DNA from: Spirochaetota bacterium | GTDB taxonomy: Bacteria > Spirochaetota > Spirochaetia > Treponematales > UBA12059 | Direction: 5' to 3' | DNA: 64,000 bases | Assembly: GCA_029560805.1 (NCBI GenBank) | Contig: JAKQKE010000294.1 | Span: 416-64,415, forward strand | Shown here: piece by piece, positions 1-7,877 of the stretch | How positions within the stretch are numbered: the first letter of the stretch is position 1 | Layout: the number at the start of each line of letters is the position of its first letter | Position numbers and translations under genes: made by a program | The notes under the pieces: generated by a model | What the model saw: only the letters and a program-made list of their open reading frames with translations | Told to the model about the DNA's origin: nothing | Databases searched by the model: none

Positions 1-1282
1 AATTCAGTTCAGAAATTGGAACATTAATGCTTTTAGAATTTTCTTCTACAGTGATTTCATACATATCAATTTCACTTGATTGCAATGAGTGTAATTCTAC
101 GATATGGGGCGATACTGCCTTACGTTTCTCGGTTAATCTAAACAATTTTGATAGCAATCCTAGTGTTGTTCCTTGGATTAGACATGACAGAAATACCGCA
201 AAAAATATGCTATCAAAAATAAAGCCACTACCATCGATACCTGCTGCCAAAGGGTAGGTTGCTAATACAATCGGAACAGCACCTTTAATTCCTCCCCACA
301 TTATAAAGCCCTTTTCTTTTAATGAGTATTTAAATGGTAATGTAGAAAGAAACACAGCTAAAGGTCGTGCAATAAACATCATAATTGCAACTATTATTAA
401 AGCTTCTTTCCAAATACTAACAAATCTATGAGGAAATGATAACAAACCTAGCATTATAAAAAGTGACATGTTAAATATGGTAGAAATGCTATCGAGAAAG
501 CTACTAACACTCTTTTTGGATGGAAACTGCGTGTTACCTAACCAATATCCCATGAAAAATACAGAAATAATCCCATTCGCTTTTAATAAATCTGATATGC
601 CATAAGTAAATAGTATGCAACCAATAATAAGTACATTGTAATTTCCTCGGTTATCCGCATTCAGGTGTTTAAATACAAATTTAGACAATTTAAAGCAGAT
701 ATAACCAATAAAAACCCCACCAACAAATTGCCATATTAATAGTACTATAGAGACAAATAGAGACTCAAATTGGCTTGTGGCAATTTGGATGAATGTAATT
801 GTCAGAAGGATTGCCATGGGATCATTTGCGGCAGATTCAACATTTAGTGTTGTTGCCAATCTGGTTTTTATTGGATTTGCCTTGTTTATCATAAATACTG
901 CGGCTGCATCTGTTGAAGAAATTATTGAAGATATTATTAATGAATAGATAATATCAAACTTGAATATAAAGTGGATAAGCAATCCCAATATTCCTGATGT
1001 TAAGGCAACTCCAAGAGTGGCAAGTGTTAGTGAAGGACCTGCAACACTTTTGAATTCATCTCTTGTAACTCGAAATCCTCCATCAAAAATGATAAAAATT
1101 AAGAGAATATCTGCTATTCTTTTAGTTAAAACAGCATTATCAAAATAGAATAGATTTAAAACATCGCTTCCAACAATAATTCCTATTAGAATAAAGCCAA
1201 TTAAAAGAGGCAAACCAAGCTTTGCGCTAAGTTTTGTTGACATCATGGCCAAAATTATAACAAAAGAGATAAATAGAATCAT
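1..1282 (-). CDS. Monovalent cation:proton (K+/H+) antiporter, CPA1/NhaP2-like, with the start of a C-terminal RCK/TrkA-C domain; 3' end runs off the window
   Basis: Absent from the ORF track because it has no in-window stop. My translation of the minus strand from ATG 1282..1280 (GGAG 5 nt upstream) stays open to position 2. It reads MILFISFVIILAMMSTKLSAKLGLPLLIGFILIGIIVGSDVLN...FDGGFRVTRDEF...SSTDAAAVF...ESAANDPMAILLT...GIKGAVPIVLATYPL...EIDMYEITVEENSKSINVPISELN, a multi-TM pattern typical of CPA1 exchangers. About 30% GC. Confidence 0.8.
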   Translation of the reverse strand, partial: MILFISFVIILAMMSTKLSAKLGLPLLIGFILIGIIVGSDVLNLFYFDNAVLTKRIADILLIFIIFDGGFRVTRDEFKSVAGPSLTLATLGVALTSGILGLLIHFIFKFDIIYSLIISSIISSTDAAAVFMINKANPIKTRLATTLNVESAANDPMAILLTITFIQIATSQFESLFVSIVLLIWQFVGGVFIGYICFKLSKFVFKHLNADNRGNYNVLIIGCILFTYGISDLLKANGIISVFFMGYWLGNTQFPSKKSVSSFLDSISTIFNMSLFIMLGLLSFPHRFVSIWKEALIIVAIMMFIARPLAVFLSTLPFKYSLKEKGFIMWGGIKGAVPIVLATYPLAAGIDGSGFIFDSIFFAVFLSCLIQGTTLGLLSKLFRLTEKRKAVSPHIVELHSLQSSEIDMYEITVEENSKSINVPISELN

Positions 1283-1477
1283 ATAATCTCCAATATATAC
1301 ATTCTGTGACCCAGCAGGTTCGATGTAGTTACATTTTACACTTCTGCGGTCTCGTTGTAAAGAAAGAGACTTTTTTCTTCGAGTATGATGAGCCCTAGAA
1401 TATGGATACAAAGCAGGAGCGCAATAGAGTGGATAGAAGGCCTTCCCGAAACAAGTGAGCGAGCATAAACTACCACT

Positions 1478-1779
1478 ATGCGCAAGAGATACGACAACAA
1501 GGAATTCAAGGCCAAAATGGCCATCGAAGTCCCTGGGGCGAGAAGACAATACAGGATATCTCCATCACGTATGGCGTCCATCCGAACTTCGTTACGAACT
1601 GGAAAAAGCAGCTACTGGACGGGGCCGACGAGCTCTTTGAAAAAGCATGGAAGGACAAGGATGCCGAGGCGGCCGAGCGCAAGCAAGACGTGCTCTACAA
1701 GCAGATCGGTCTATTGCAGGTCGAGAACGAGTTCATAAAAAAGTACAGGCAACTGTACGGGACTGAGCCAAAGCTGTAG
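1478..1779 (+). pseudogene. IS3-family transposase OrfA, frameshifted
   Basis: MRKRYDNKEFKAKMAIEV runs in one frame. After an indel near 1530 the sequence continues in another frame as GEKTIQDISITYGVHPNFVTNWKKQLLDGADELFEKAWKDKDAEAAERKQDVLYKQIGLLQVENEFIKK, a classic IS3 OrfA HTH plus leucine-zipper pattern. Stop TAG at 1777. Confidence 0.75.
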
Positions 1780-1976
1780 AACCCGACCATGGCCAACTCT
1801 CGATCGGGCAGCAATGCACGATTCTTGGGATCAGCCGGTCGGCCTACTACTACAAGCCCGAGGCGAATGAAGACGATAACGAGCTGACTATCCTCGCGGC
1901 GATACTTGACGAGCTCAGTGAACGCCCCTTCTACGGTATCGCAGGATATAGAGAGCGATTAAGGATCTGGACGTAA
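1779..1976 (+). pseudogene. IS3-family transposase OrfB N-terminal fragment
   Basis: The -1 frame relative to OrfA reads EPDHGQLSIGQQCTILGISRSAYYYKPEANEDDNELTILAAILDELSERPFYG and then stops at TAA 1974. There is also an in-frame TGA at 1764 between the slippery site and this fragment. The integrase core is missing. Confidence 0.65.
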
Positions 1977-2021
1977 CGCTCAAGCAGGCCGGGCTTCGAC
2001 AGAACCTTATTAGTACCAAGC

Positions 2022-2060
2022 CGTATCCTTGTTACATCCACCACGTATCCTTGTTGCATC
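2022..2060. repeat. Two direct copies of CGTATCCTTGTT(A/G)CATC with 22-bp periodicity
   Basis: Copies at 2022..2038 and 2044..2060 differ at one base. Confidence 0.8.
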
Positions 2061-2077
2061 TATGCCCAAGGTCACGA

Positions 2078-2204
2078 CGAGCGAAGCGAGTCTGCCACCA
2101 CCGCGGCGACGGCGAGCGAAGCGAGTCCGTAAGTCGCGTCGCGCCCGTAGGGCCGCGCCCCTACGCCTAACCGCCCCGTAGTTAAGCGGCGAGCGAAGCG
2201 AGTC
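2078..2204. repeat. Three dispersed copies of (GG)CGAGCGAAGCGAGTC embedded in nested hairpins
   Basis: Copies at 2078..2092, 2113..2127 and 2190..2204. CGTAGGG/CCCTACG (about 2146..2165) forms a hairpin. The third copy sits in the loop of the CCCGTAGTTAAGC/GCTTCAACTACGGG hairpin (about 2175..2219). Confidence 0.8.
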
Positions 2205-2221
2205 AGCTTCAACTACGGGTA

Positions 2222-2250
2222 GTAAAAGCGGCGTACTCGTCCGCTTTTAC
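2222..2250 (-). terminator. Hairpin immediately after the ABC-F stop codon
   Basis: GTAAAAGCGG (2222..2231) and CCGCTTTTAC (2241..2250) form a perfect 10-bp stem with a 9-nt loop. On the minus strand it is followed by a weak T-run. Confidence 0.5.
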
Positions 2251-3884
2251 TAGATTTCGGCTATCACATGCCCGTGGTAGTACTGGTCTCTGAGCGCCTT
2301 GACCTGTTCGTCCCGGAGGTACTCGTCGAAGCTGATCAGGCGGTCGATGACGCCGCCGGGGCAGATCTCGACGACGCGATTGGCGATGGAGTTCACGAAC
2401 TCGTGGTCGTGACTCGTGAACAGTACGACGCCGGGGAACTCGATCAGTCCGTTATTGAGGGCGGTGATCGACTCGAGGTCCAGGTGGTTGGTCGGCTCGT
2501 CGAGTATCAGGCAGTTGGCGGCCTGGAGCATCATGCGCGAGAGGAGGCAGCGCACCTTCTCGCCGCCGGATAGCACGCGCACGGGTTTGAGCGCCTCGTC
2601 GCCGGAGAACAGCATGCGCCCGAGGAAGGAGCGGATGTAGGTCTCGTCGTCGCTCGAGGTATAGCGCTTGAGCCAGTCGACGATGGAGTCGTCCGAGTCG
2701 AACAGCGCCGCGTTCTCCTTTGGGAAGTACGAGCTACTCATCGTCTGGCCCCACGAGCACTCGCCCTCGTAGTCCTCGTCCTCGCCGGACAGGATGCGGA
2801 ACAGGGCGGTCTTGGCCAGGTGCTCGCGGCCGACGAAGGCTATCTTATCGCCGCGGTTCACGGTCAGGTCGAGCCCGGACAGCACGGCCTTGCCGTCCTC
2901 GATCTTGGTGAGCCCGCGGACGGCGACGACGTTGTTGCCCGGGTCTCGCTCGGGCTTGAAGCCGACCCAGGGGAAGCGCCGGCTCGTCGCCTGCAGGTCG
3001 TCGACCTCGAGCTTGTCGAGCACCTTGCGGCGGCTCGTCGCCTGGCGGCTCTTGGCCGCGTTCGACGCGAAGCGCTGGATGAACTCCTTGAGGTCCTTTA
3101 TCTTGTCCTCGCGGCGCTTCTTCTCGTCCTTCATCTGCGCCTGGAGCATCTTGGAGACCTTGTACCAGAAGTCGTAGTTGCCGGGGTACTGGCGGATGAG
3201 GCCGAAGTCTATATCGAGTATCTGGGTGCAGACGGCGTTGAGGAAGTGGCGGTCGTGGGAGACGACGATGACGATATTCTGGAAGTCCATCAGAAAGTCC
3301 TCGAGCCACGAGATGCTGTCGAGGTCCAGGCCGTTCGTCGGCTCGTCGAGGAGCAGGATATCCGGGTTGCCGAACAGGGCCTGGGCGAGGAGGGCGCGAA
3401 CCTTGATGCTCTCCGACACCTCGCGCATCGGCTTTTCGTGGTCGGTCTCCGGCACGCCGAGGCCCGACAGCAGGATGGACGCCTGCGCCTCGGCTTCCCA
3501 TCCGCCTAGGTCGGCGAATTCGCCCTCGAGCTCGCTGGCCCTGATGCCGTCGGCGTCGCTGAAGTCCTCCTTGGCGTAGATGGCCTCGCGTTCCTTCATG
3601 ATCGAGTAGAGCTTGCCGTAGCCGCGGATGACCACGTCGACGAGGCGCTCGTCCTCGAACTCGAAGTGGTCCTGCTTAAGCACCGCCATGCGCAGCTTGG
3701 GCGGGTAGGATATCTGGCCGAAGTCCGGCTCGAGTTCGCCGGACAGTAGCTTGAGGAAGGTGGACTTACCGGCGCCGTTGGCGCCTATCACGCCGTAGCA
3801 GTTGCCCGGCACGAATTTGAGGTTGACGTCCTTGAAGAGTATGCGCTCGCCGAAGCCGAGCTTTAGGTCGCTGACATTGATCAA
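2250..3884 (-). CDS. ABC-F family ATPase (tandem ABC domains, YbiT-like)
   Basis: 544 aa with a TTG start. Two Walker A motifs (GANGAGKST and a second P-loop region), LSGGEK signatures and LLLDEPTN.LD / LILDEPTNHLD Walker B motifs. No TM domain. Confidence 0.9.
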   Translation of the reverse strand: MINVSDLKLGFGERILFKDVNLKFVPGNCYGVIGANGAGKSTFLKLLSGELEPDFGQISYPPKLRMAVLKQDHFEFEDERLVDVVIRGYGKLYSIMKEREAIYAKEDFSDADGIRASELEGEFADLGGWEAEAQASILLSGLGVPETDHEKPMREVSESIKVRALLAQALFGNPDILLLDEPTNGLDLDSISWLEDFLMDFQNIVIVVSHDRHFLNAVCTQILDIDFGLIRQYPGNYDFWYKVSKMLQAQMKDEKKRREDKIKDLKEFIQRFASNAAKSRQATSRRKVLDKLEVDDLQATSRRFPWVGFKPERDPGNNVVAVRGLTKIEDGKAVLSGLDLTVNRGDKIAFVGREHLAKTALFRILSGEDEDYEGECSWGQTMSSSYFPKENAALFDSDDSIVDWLKRYTSSDDETYIRSFLGRMLFSGDEALKPVRVLSGGEKVRCLLSRMMLQAANCLILDEPTNHLDLESITALNNGLIEFPGVVLFTSHDHEFVNSIANRVVEICPGGVIDRLISFDEYLRDEQVKALRDQYYHGHVIAEI

Positions 3885-3997
3885 GAGAGCTTCCTTGCGG
3901 TGTAAGATTCCGTAGTCGTATGCGGATTATGCGGAAAAACCGTTAAATACGCAAGGGTCGCACGGCGCCGGTAGCGATGGCGCGCCCTATCCTCGGT

Positions 3998-4025
3998 TTG
4001 ACACGTCGCTTCGGCATCGTATACG
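3998..4025 (+). promoter_or_regulatory. Sigma-70-like promoter (TTGACA, 16 nt spacer, TATACG) ending 7 nt before ATG 4033
   Basis: Read directly from the sequence. There is no Shine-Dalgarno sequence between the -10 box and the ATG. Confidence 0.4.
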
Positions 4026-4032
4026 ATGGCTC

Positions 4033-4347
4033 ATGTTCGTGTCAGTCGTTTGCGACCTCGGCGGCGAGGATTCCTGGGCCGCCGTATACGCGCTCCTGCC
4101 TCAGTACGGCTTCGAGAAGGTCCAGAGGGCCTGCTTCGAGAGCGTGCGCGCCACCGAGAAGCAGCTCGTCGCGCTCAAGCGCGATATCGACAAGGTGACG
4201 GACTATTACGACACCGTCCGCATCTACCAATACCCCGTCGAGGGACGGCTCGCCATCTCGATCCTCAAGGAGAATCGATGGAAGCGGGTCGTCGTCAGGG
4301 CGCCGGCCGAGAAGGCCCCCGAACGCCCGAGGAGAGACCATGCTTGA
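4033..4347 (+). CDS. Small Cas2/VapD-like (ferredoxin-fold) protein, orphan
   Basis: 104 aa with GC3-rich codon usage in this frame. The competing frames (4026..4367 +, 4042..4341 -) are Arg/Gly-rich. The pattern is FVSVVCDL (beta1 with Asp8), YALLPQYGFEKVQRACFES (compare the Cas2 G..vQ.SVFE motif), a helix EKQLVALKRDIDKV, then DTVRIYQYP (compare the Cas2 D.vriY motif). The 3' end overlaps the prfB ATG by 8 nt. Confidence 0.45.
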   Translation: MFVSVVCDLGGEDSWAAVYALLPQYGFEKVQRACFESVRATEKQLVALKRDIDKVTDYYDTVRIYQYPVEGRLAISILKENRWKRVVVRAPAEKAPERPRRDHA

Positions 4348-5477
4348 AGACTACATGGCGCCGATAGCGCAGCTCAAGAAAGAAGTCCTTGAAATCTGGG
4401 GGCGTCTTTGACGCCGCTACCATACGCTCCAAGATAGAGACGAAGGAGTCCCAGTCGTCCGAGCCCGGCTTCTGGAACGACCAGAAGCGCTCCGAGCGCA
4501 TCATGGGCGAGCTCAAGGTGCTGCGCAACCGGCTCGAGACCTGGGAGGAGATCAAGCGCTCGACCGATGCCCTCGACGAGATCTACGCCATGGCGATAGA
4601 GGAGGGCGAGGGCTCCCTCGAGGGGGAAATAGCCTCGTCGCTCGCCGGCGTCCGTGATCGCTTCGACAAGGCGGTGACGCTCGAGCTGATGACCGGCGAG
4701 GCCGACCGCACCGGCGTCTTCCTGTCCATCCACGCGGGCTCGGGCGGCACCGAGGCCTGCGACTGGGCGGGCATGCTGATGCGCATGTACACCCGATGGG
4801 CGGAGCGCCGTGGCTTCAAGTACGAGATCGTCGACATGCTCGAGGCCGAGGGCGGCATCAAGAGCGTGACGATGGAGATCGACGGCGCCTACGCCTACGG
4901 CCACCTGCGCGGCGAGTCCGGCGTGCACCGTCTCGTGCGCATCAGCCCCTTCGACGCGAACGCGCGCAGGCACACGAGCTTCGCGAGCGTCTCGGCCTTT
5001 CCGGTGATCGACGACAGTATCGATGTGACGGTCAAGCCCGACGAGATACGTATCGATACCTACCGGGCCGGCGGCGCCGGCGGCCAGAAGGTCAACAAAA
5101 CCGATTCCGCAGTGCGCATCACCCACCTCGCCACCGGCATCGTCGTCACCTGCCAGAACGAGCGCAGCCAGCACAAGAACAAGGACGTGGCGATGCAGGT
5201 GCTCAAGAGCCGGCTCTACGACCTGTACCGCAAGGAGAAAGACAAGGAGAACGAGAAGTACGTCGGCGACAAGAAGGAGATAGCCTGGGGCTCCCAGATA
5301 CGCTCCTACGTGTTCCAGCCCTATACGATGGTCAAGGATCACCGGACCAAGTTTTTCGTCGGCAACATCCACGGCGTCATGGACGGCGACCTCGACCCGT
5401 TCATCGACTCGTACCTCCACTTCCTATGGAAGGGCGGCACCGTCCAGGCTGACGGCGACGACGACGACGAGGTGTAG
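4340..5477 (+). CDS. prfB: Peptide chain release factor 2, requiring a programmed +1 frameshift at 4406..4412
   Basis: Frame 0 reads MLEDYMAPIAQLKKEVLEIWGRL then TGA. The +1 frame continues DAATIRSKIETKE... and carries the SPF (RISPFDA) and GGQ (GGAGGQKVNKT) motifs. Confidence 0.95.
4397..4412 (+). promoter_or_regulatory. RF2 autoregulatory frameshift site: TGG GGG CGT CTT TGA C
   Basis: An internal SD-like GGGGG lies 3 nt upstream of the canonical slippery CTT TGA C. Confidence 0.9.
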
Positions 5478-5484
5478 GGCTCCG

Positions 5485-6984
5485 ATGAGAAGGCCGTCGG
5501 CCCGCGGGTTAGCCTGTATCGTAGCGTTCTCGGCGATGCTCGCGCCGGCGGCGCGGGTGTCGGCCCAGGCTTCGTCGGGTACTGACGTATCGTCCTCCGC
5601 GTTGACGATAGGCTGGGCCGAGCTCGCCGTCTCCGACGGTGTCGGCGACGAGTACCGCAACGCCGCGGTGCTCGTGCCCCGTCAGCTCCAGCGCGCCCTG
5701 GCCTTCGCTGACCTGCGCTTCCCGAGCGACGTCGAGGCCGCGGCTGCCTCGACGCAGGCCGCCCTGGCCGCCGAGGAACTGGCCAGGAAGGCCGTGGCCG
5801 ACGCGAGGGCCAAGCGCGATCTCGCCGCCCTGGCCGTCCGCGATCCCGCCAAGCGCGGTCGCGATGTGGCAACGGCGGCCGCCGCAGTCAAGAAGGCCGA
5901 GGCCGCCCTCGAGGCCATCCTTGCAACGAACCGCGAGACGAACCGCGTGCGCTCCTCGGCCGATAGAGCCGGGCCGGGCAGTACGACCGCCGAGGGCCGT
6001 AGCCTGGCTCTCGCCCTCTCGTCGGCCAACTCCGGCGAGACGCTCCTCCCCTCGACGCTCGACCCGGCCTCGCTCTGCAAGGATAAGAAGCTCGATTTGC
6101 TCGTCTACGGCTCACTACGCGTCCGCGGCGGCTTCCTGGCCATCGACCTGTCGCTCTACGTGGCGTCACTCGGCAGGGCGGTCTGGACCGAGACCCGCTA
6201 CGCTTCCGCCGACGGCCTCGGGCAGGCGGTCGCCGCCTTCTCGAGGCCGCTCGCGGAGGCCGTCATCGGTCGGCCCTACGCTCGAGTCGGTTTCAGAGTC
6301 GAACCTCCCGACGCCGACCTCTACGTCGACGGCGAGGCCTTCCCCAAGGCCTTCGCGCTGTACTTCGAGCCGGGTCGGAGCGAGGTCGTAGCCAAAGCCA
6401 GGGGCTACGAGCGGGTCGGCCGCTCGTTCGACGTGTCGCTCGGCGAGGATCTGTTCGTCGACCTGAGCCTCGAGGCCCAGGGCTCGGTCGGCTGGAAGCT
6501 GACGAGCGAGCCCGAAGGGGCGGCCATCCACCTCGACGGCGAGCGCGTCGGCTACGCGCCGTTCGACCTGCCTGGCTCGGCCTTCCCTCGGCTGATACGC
6601 GTGAGTATGCCGGGCTTCGAGCCCGTCCAGCTCGTCCACCGGCCGGAGGCGCTCCTCGACGACCTGACCATAGTCCTTGAACCGGACGACGGGCTATCCT
6701 TCGACGAGCGCTACGATAGGCGCAAGGACGCCTTCTACCGATCCCTCGGGTGGTTCGTGTCGTCCCTGCCATTGACCGTGCTATCGGGCGGCTTGTTCCA
6801 GACCTACTACGCGACGGCGCAGGGCTATTCTGCCTCCGGCGAGGTCGACCCGGAGGTGATACGAAGGCTCGACTCGGCGTTCTATACCTCGCAGGCGGTC
6901 TTCTGGGCCTCGGCGGCCGCCTCGATAGGCTGCGCCGTCTGGGCGGTGGTCCGACTCGTCGCGTACATCGAGATTACCCTGTAG
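5485..6984 (+). CDS. Secreted/membrane-anchored PEGA-domain protein
   Basis: Signal peptide ...AARVSAQA. Two PEGA-type beta-sandwich stretches (FRVEPPDADLYVDGE; LTSEPEGAAIHLDGERVGYAPF). C-terminal TM helices. Confidence 0.7.
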   Translation: MRRPSARGLACIVAFSAMLAPAARVSAQASSGTDVSSSALTIGWAELAVSDGVGDEYRNAAVLVPRQLQRALAFADLRFPSDVEAAAASTQAALAAEELARKAVADARAKRDLAALAVRDPAKRGRDVATAAAAVKKAEAALEAILATNRETNRVRSSADRAGPGSTTAEGRSLALALSSANSGETLLPSTLDPASLCKDKKLDLLVYGSLRVRGGFLAIDLSLYVASLGRAVWTETRYASADGLGQAVAAFSRPLAEAVIGRPYARVGFRVEPPDADLYVDGEAFPKAFALYFEPGRSEVVAKARGYERVGRSFDVSLGEDLFVDLSLEAQGSVGWKLTSEPEGAAIHLDGERVGYAPFDLPGSAFPRLIRVSMPGFEPVQLVHRPEALLDDLTIVLEPDDGLSFDERYDRRKDAFYRSLGWFVSSLPLTVLSGGLFQTYYATAQGYSASGEVDPEVIRRLDSAFYTSQAVFWASAAASIGCAVWAVVRLVAYIEITL

Positions 6985-7004
6985 CGTATGAAAAAGGAGA
7001 CATC

Positions 7005-7877
7005 ATGAGGTTCGGCGATCGTATACGCAAGCTGCTCGGCATGGAGGTCGTCGGCGACGACGATTGGGACGACCTGGCCGACCTGCTCGTCGAGGGTGAC
7101 CTCGGCGCAGCCTTCGCCGATGAGTCCGTCTCGCGGCTCAAGGAGGCGTGCGCGACAGCGGGCGTCAGGAACGGCGATGGCGCGAGGCGCCTCCTCAAGG
7201 ACGTGCTCCGGCCCTACGCCGTGCCCGTAGACATACGGCCGATACCCGGCGGGCGCAACGTCGTGATGATGCTCGGCGTGAACGGCGTCGGCAAGACGAC
7301 GAGCTCGGCGAAGCTGGCCAAGCTGTGGCTCGGCCAGGGGCTGGCCACGAAGGCCATACTGGCGGCCGGAGACACCTTCAGGGCCGCGGCCATCGAGCAA
7401 CTCAAGGCTCATGGCGACCGGCTCGGCGTCAGGGTCGTCGCCCAGGAGCGCGGCTCCGACTCGGGCGCGGTGCTCTACGATGCCCTCGAGGCCGCGGCAT
7501 CCGACGGCTCCGACCTGGTGATAGCCGATACCGCCGGCCGGATGCATACCAAGGCCAACCTGATCAAGGAACTCGAGAAGATGGATAAGATCGTCGCAGC
7601 CAAGGCCGATCCGTCCAGGTACAAGCGCCTCCTCGTCGTCGACGCGACGACCGGCCAGAACGCGCTCAGGCAGGCCGAGGCCTTCTCGGCGGCCGTCAAG
7701 GTGGATGGGCTCGTCCTAACCAAATACGACTCGAGCGCCAGGGGCGGCGTGGCCCTGGCCATCGCCAGACAGCTCGGCATCCCGACGGCCTTCGTCTGCG
7801 ACGGCGAGCGCTACGAGGACATACGGGCCTTCGATCCCGAGACCTACCTCGACCAATTCCTGGGACTGACGCCTTGA
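7005..7877 (+). CDS. ftsY: Signal recognition particle receptor FtsY (short form)
   Basis: Track ORF 6750..7877 trimmed to ATG 7005, which is preceded by AAGGAG. Motifs GVNGVGKTTS, DTAGR and TKYD. Confidence 0.9.
   Translation: MRFGDRIRKLLGMEVVGDDDWDDLADLLVEGDLGAAFADESVSRLKEACATAGVRNGDGARRLLKDVLRPYAVPVDIRPIPGGRNVVMMLGVNGVGKTTSSAKLAKLWLGQGLATKAILAAGDTFRAAAIEQLKAHGDRLGVRVVAQERGSDSGAVLYDALEAAASDGSDLVIADTAGRMHTKANLIKELEKMDKIVAAKADPSRYKRLLVVDATTGQNALRQAEAFSAAVKVDGLVLTKYDSSARGGVALAIARQLGIPTAFVCDGERYEDIRAFDPETYLDQFLGLTP

Larger units (their letters stand above)
1305..1990 (+). mobile_element. Decayed, 3'-truncated IS3-family insertion sequence remnant
   Basis: The GC jump begins at TGTGACCCAGCAGG (1305), a TG-initiated candidate left inverted repeat. 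It is followed by recognisable OrfA and OrfB-N-terminus reading frames and the IS3 slippery heptamer A AAA AAG (1737..1743). No DDE catalytic region or right end is present. Confidence 0.7.

Noticed and set aside
27-1148. Track ORFs 27..257 (+) and 960..1148 (+) in the AT-rich segment.
   Set aside because: They lie antisense to a continuous 427-codon open frame that encodes a clear CPA1 antiporter. They are short and lack motifs.
2078-2204. Possible mini-CRISPR array, based on three copies of GGCGAGCGAAGCGAGTC.
   Set aside because: The repeat is only 15 to 17 bp, there are only three copies, the spacing is irregular (35 and 77 bp), and there is no leader or cas gene. A similar string at 30263..30276 is simply mreD coding sequence (WLASLAL).
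4026-4367. Alternative frames at the Cas2-like locus: 4026..4367 (+), 3977..4198 (+) and 4042..4341 (-).
   Set aside because: Their products are Arg/Gly/Pro-rich and low-complexity. The 4033 frame has balanced composition, GC3 bias and a recognisable fold pattern.
4374-5420. Long antisense ORFs opposite well-supported genes. Examples: 4374..5420 (-) versus prfB, 16953..18482 (-) versus rpsA, 48325..49665 and 49262..50425 (-) versus rpsB/tsf, 2820..3509 (+) versus ABC-F, 28130..29230 (+) versus mrdA, 12567..13424 and 13217..13987 (-) versus recA/folK, 53389..54342 (-) versus rseP, and 60505..61458 (+) versus coaX.
   Set aside because: At about 65% GC, stop codons are rare in non-coding frames. 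These translations are Arg/Ala/Gly/Pro/Asp-rich with no motifs, while the opposite strand encodes unmistakable conserved proteins.
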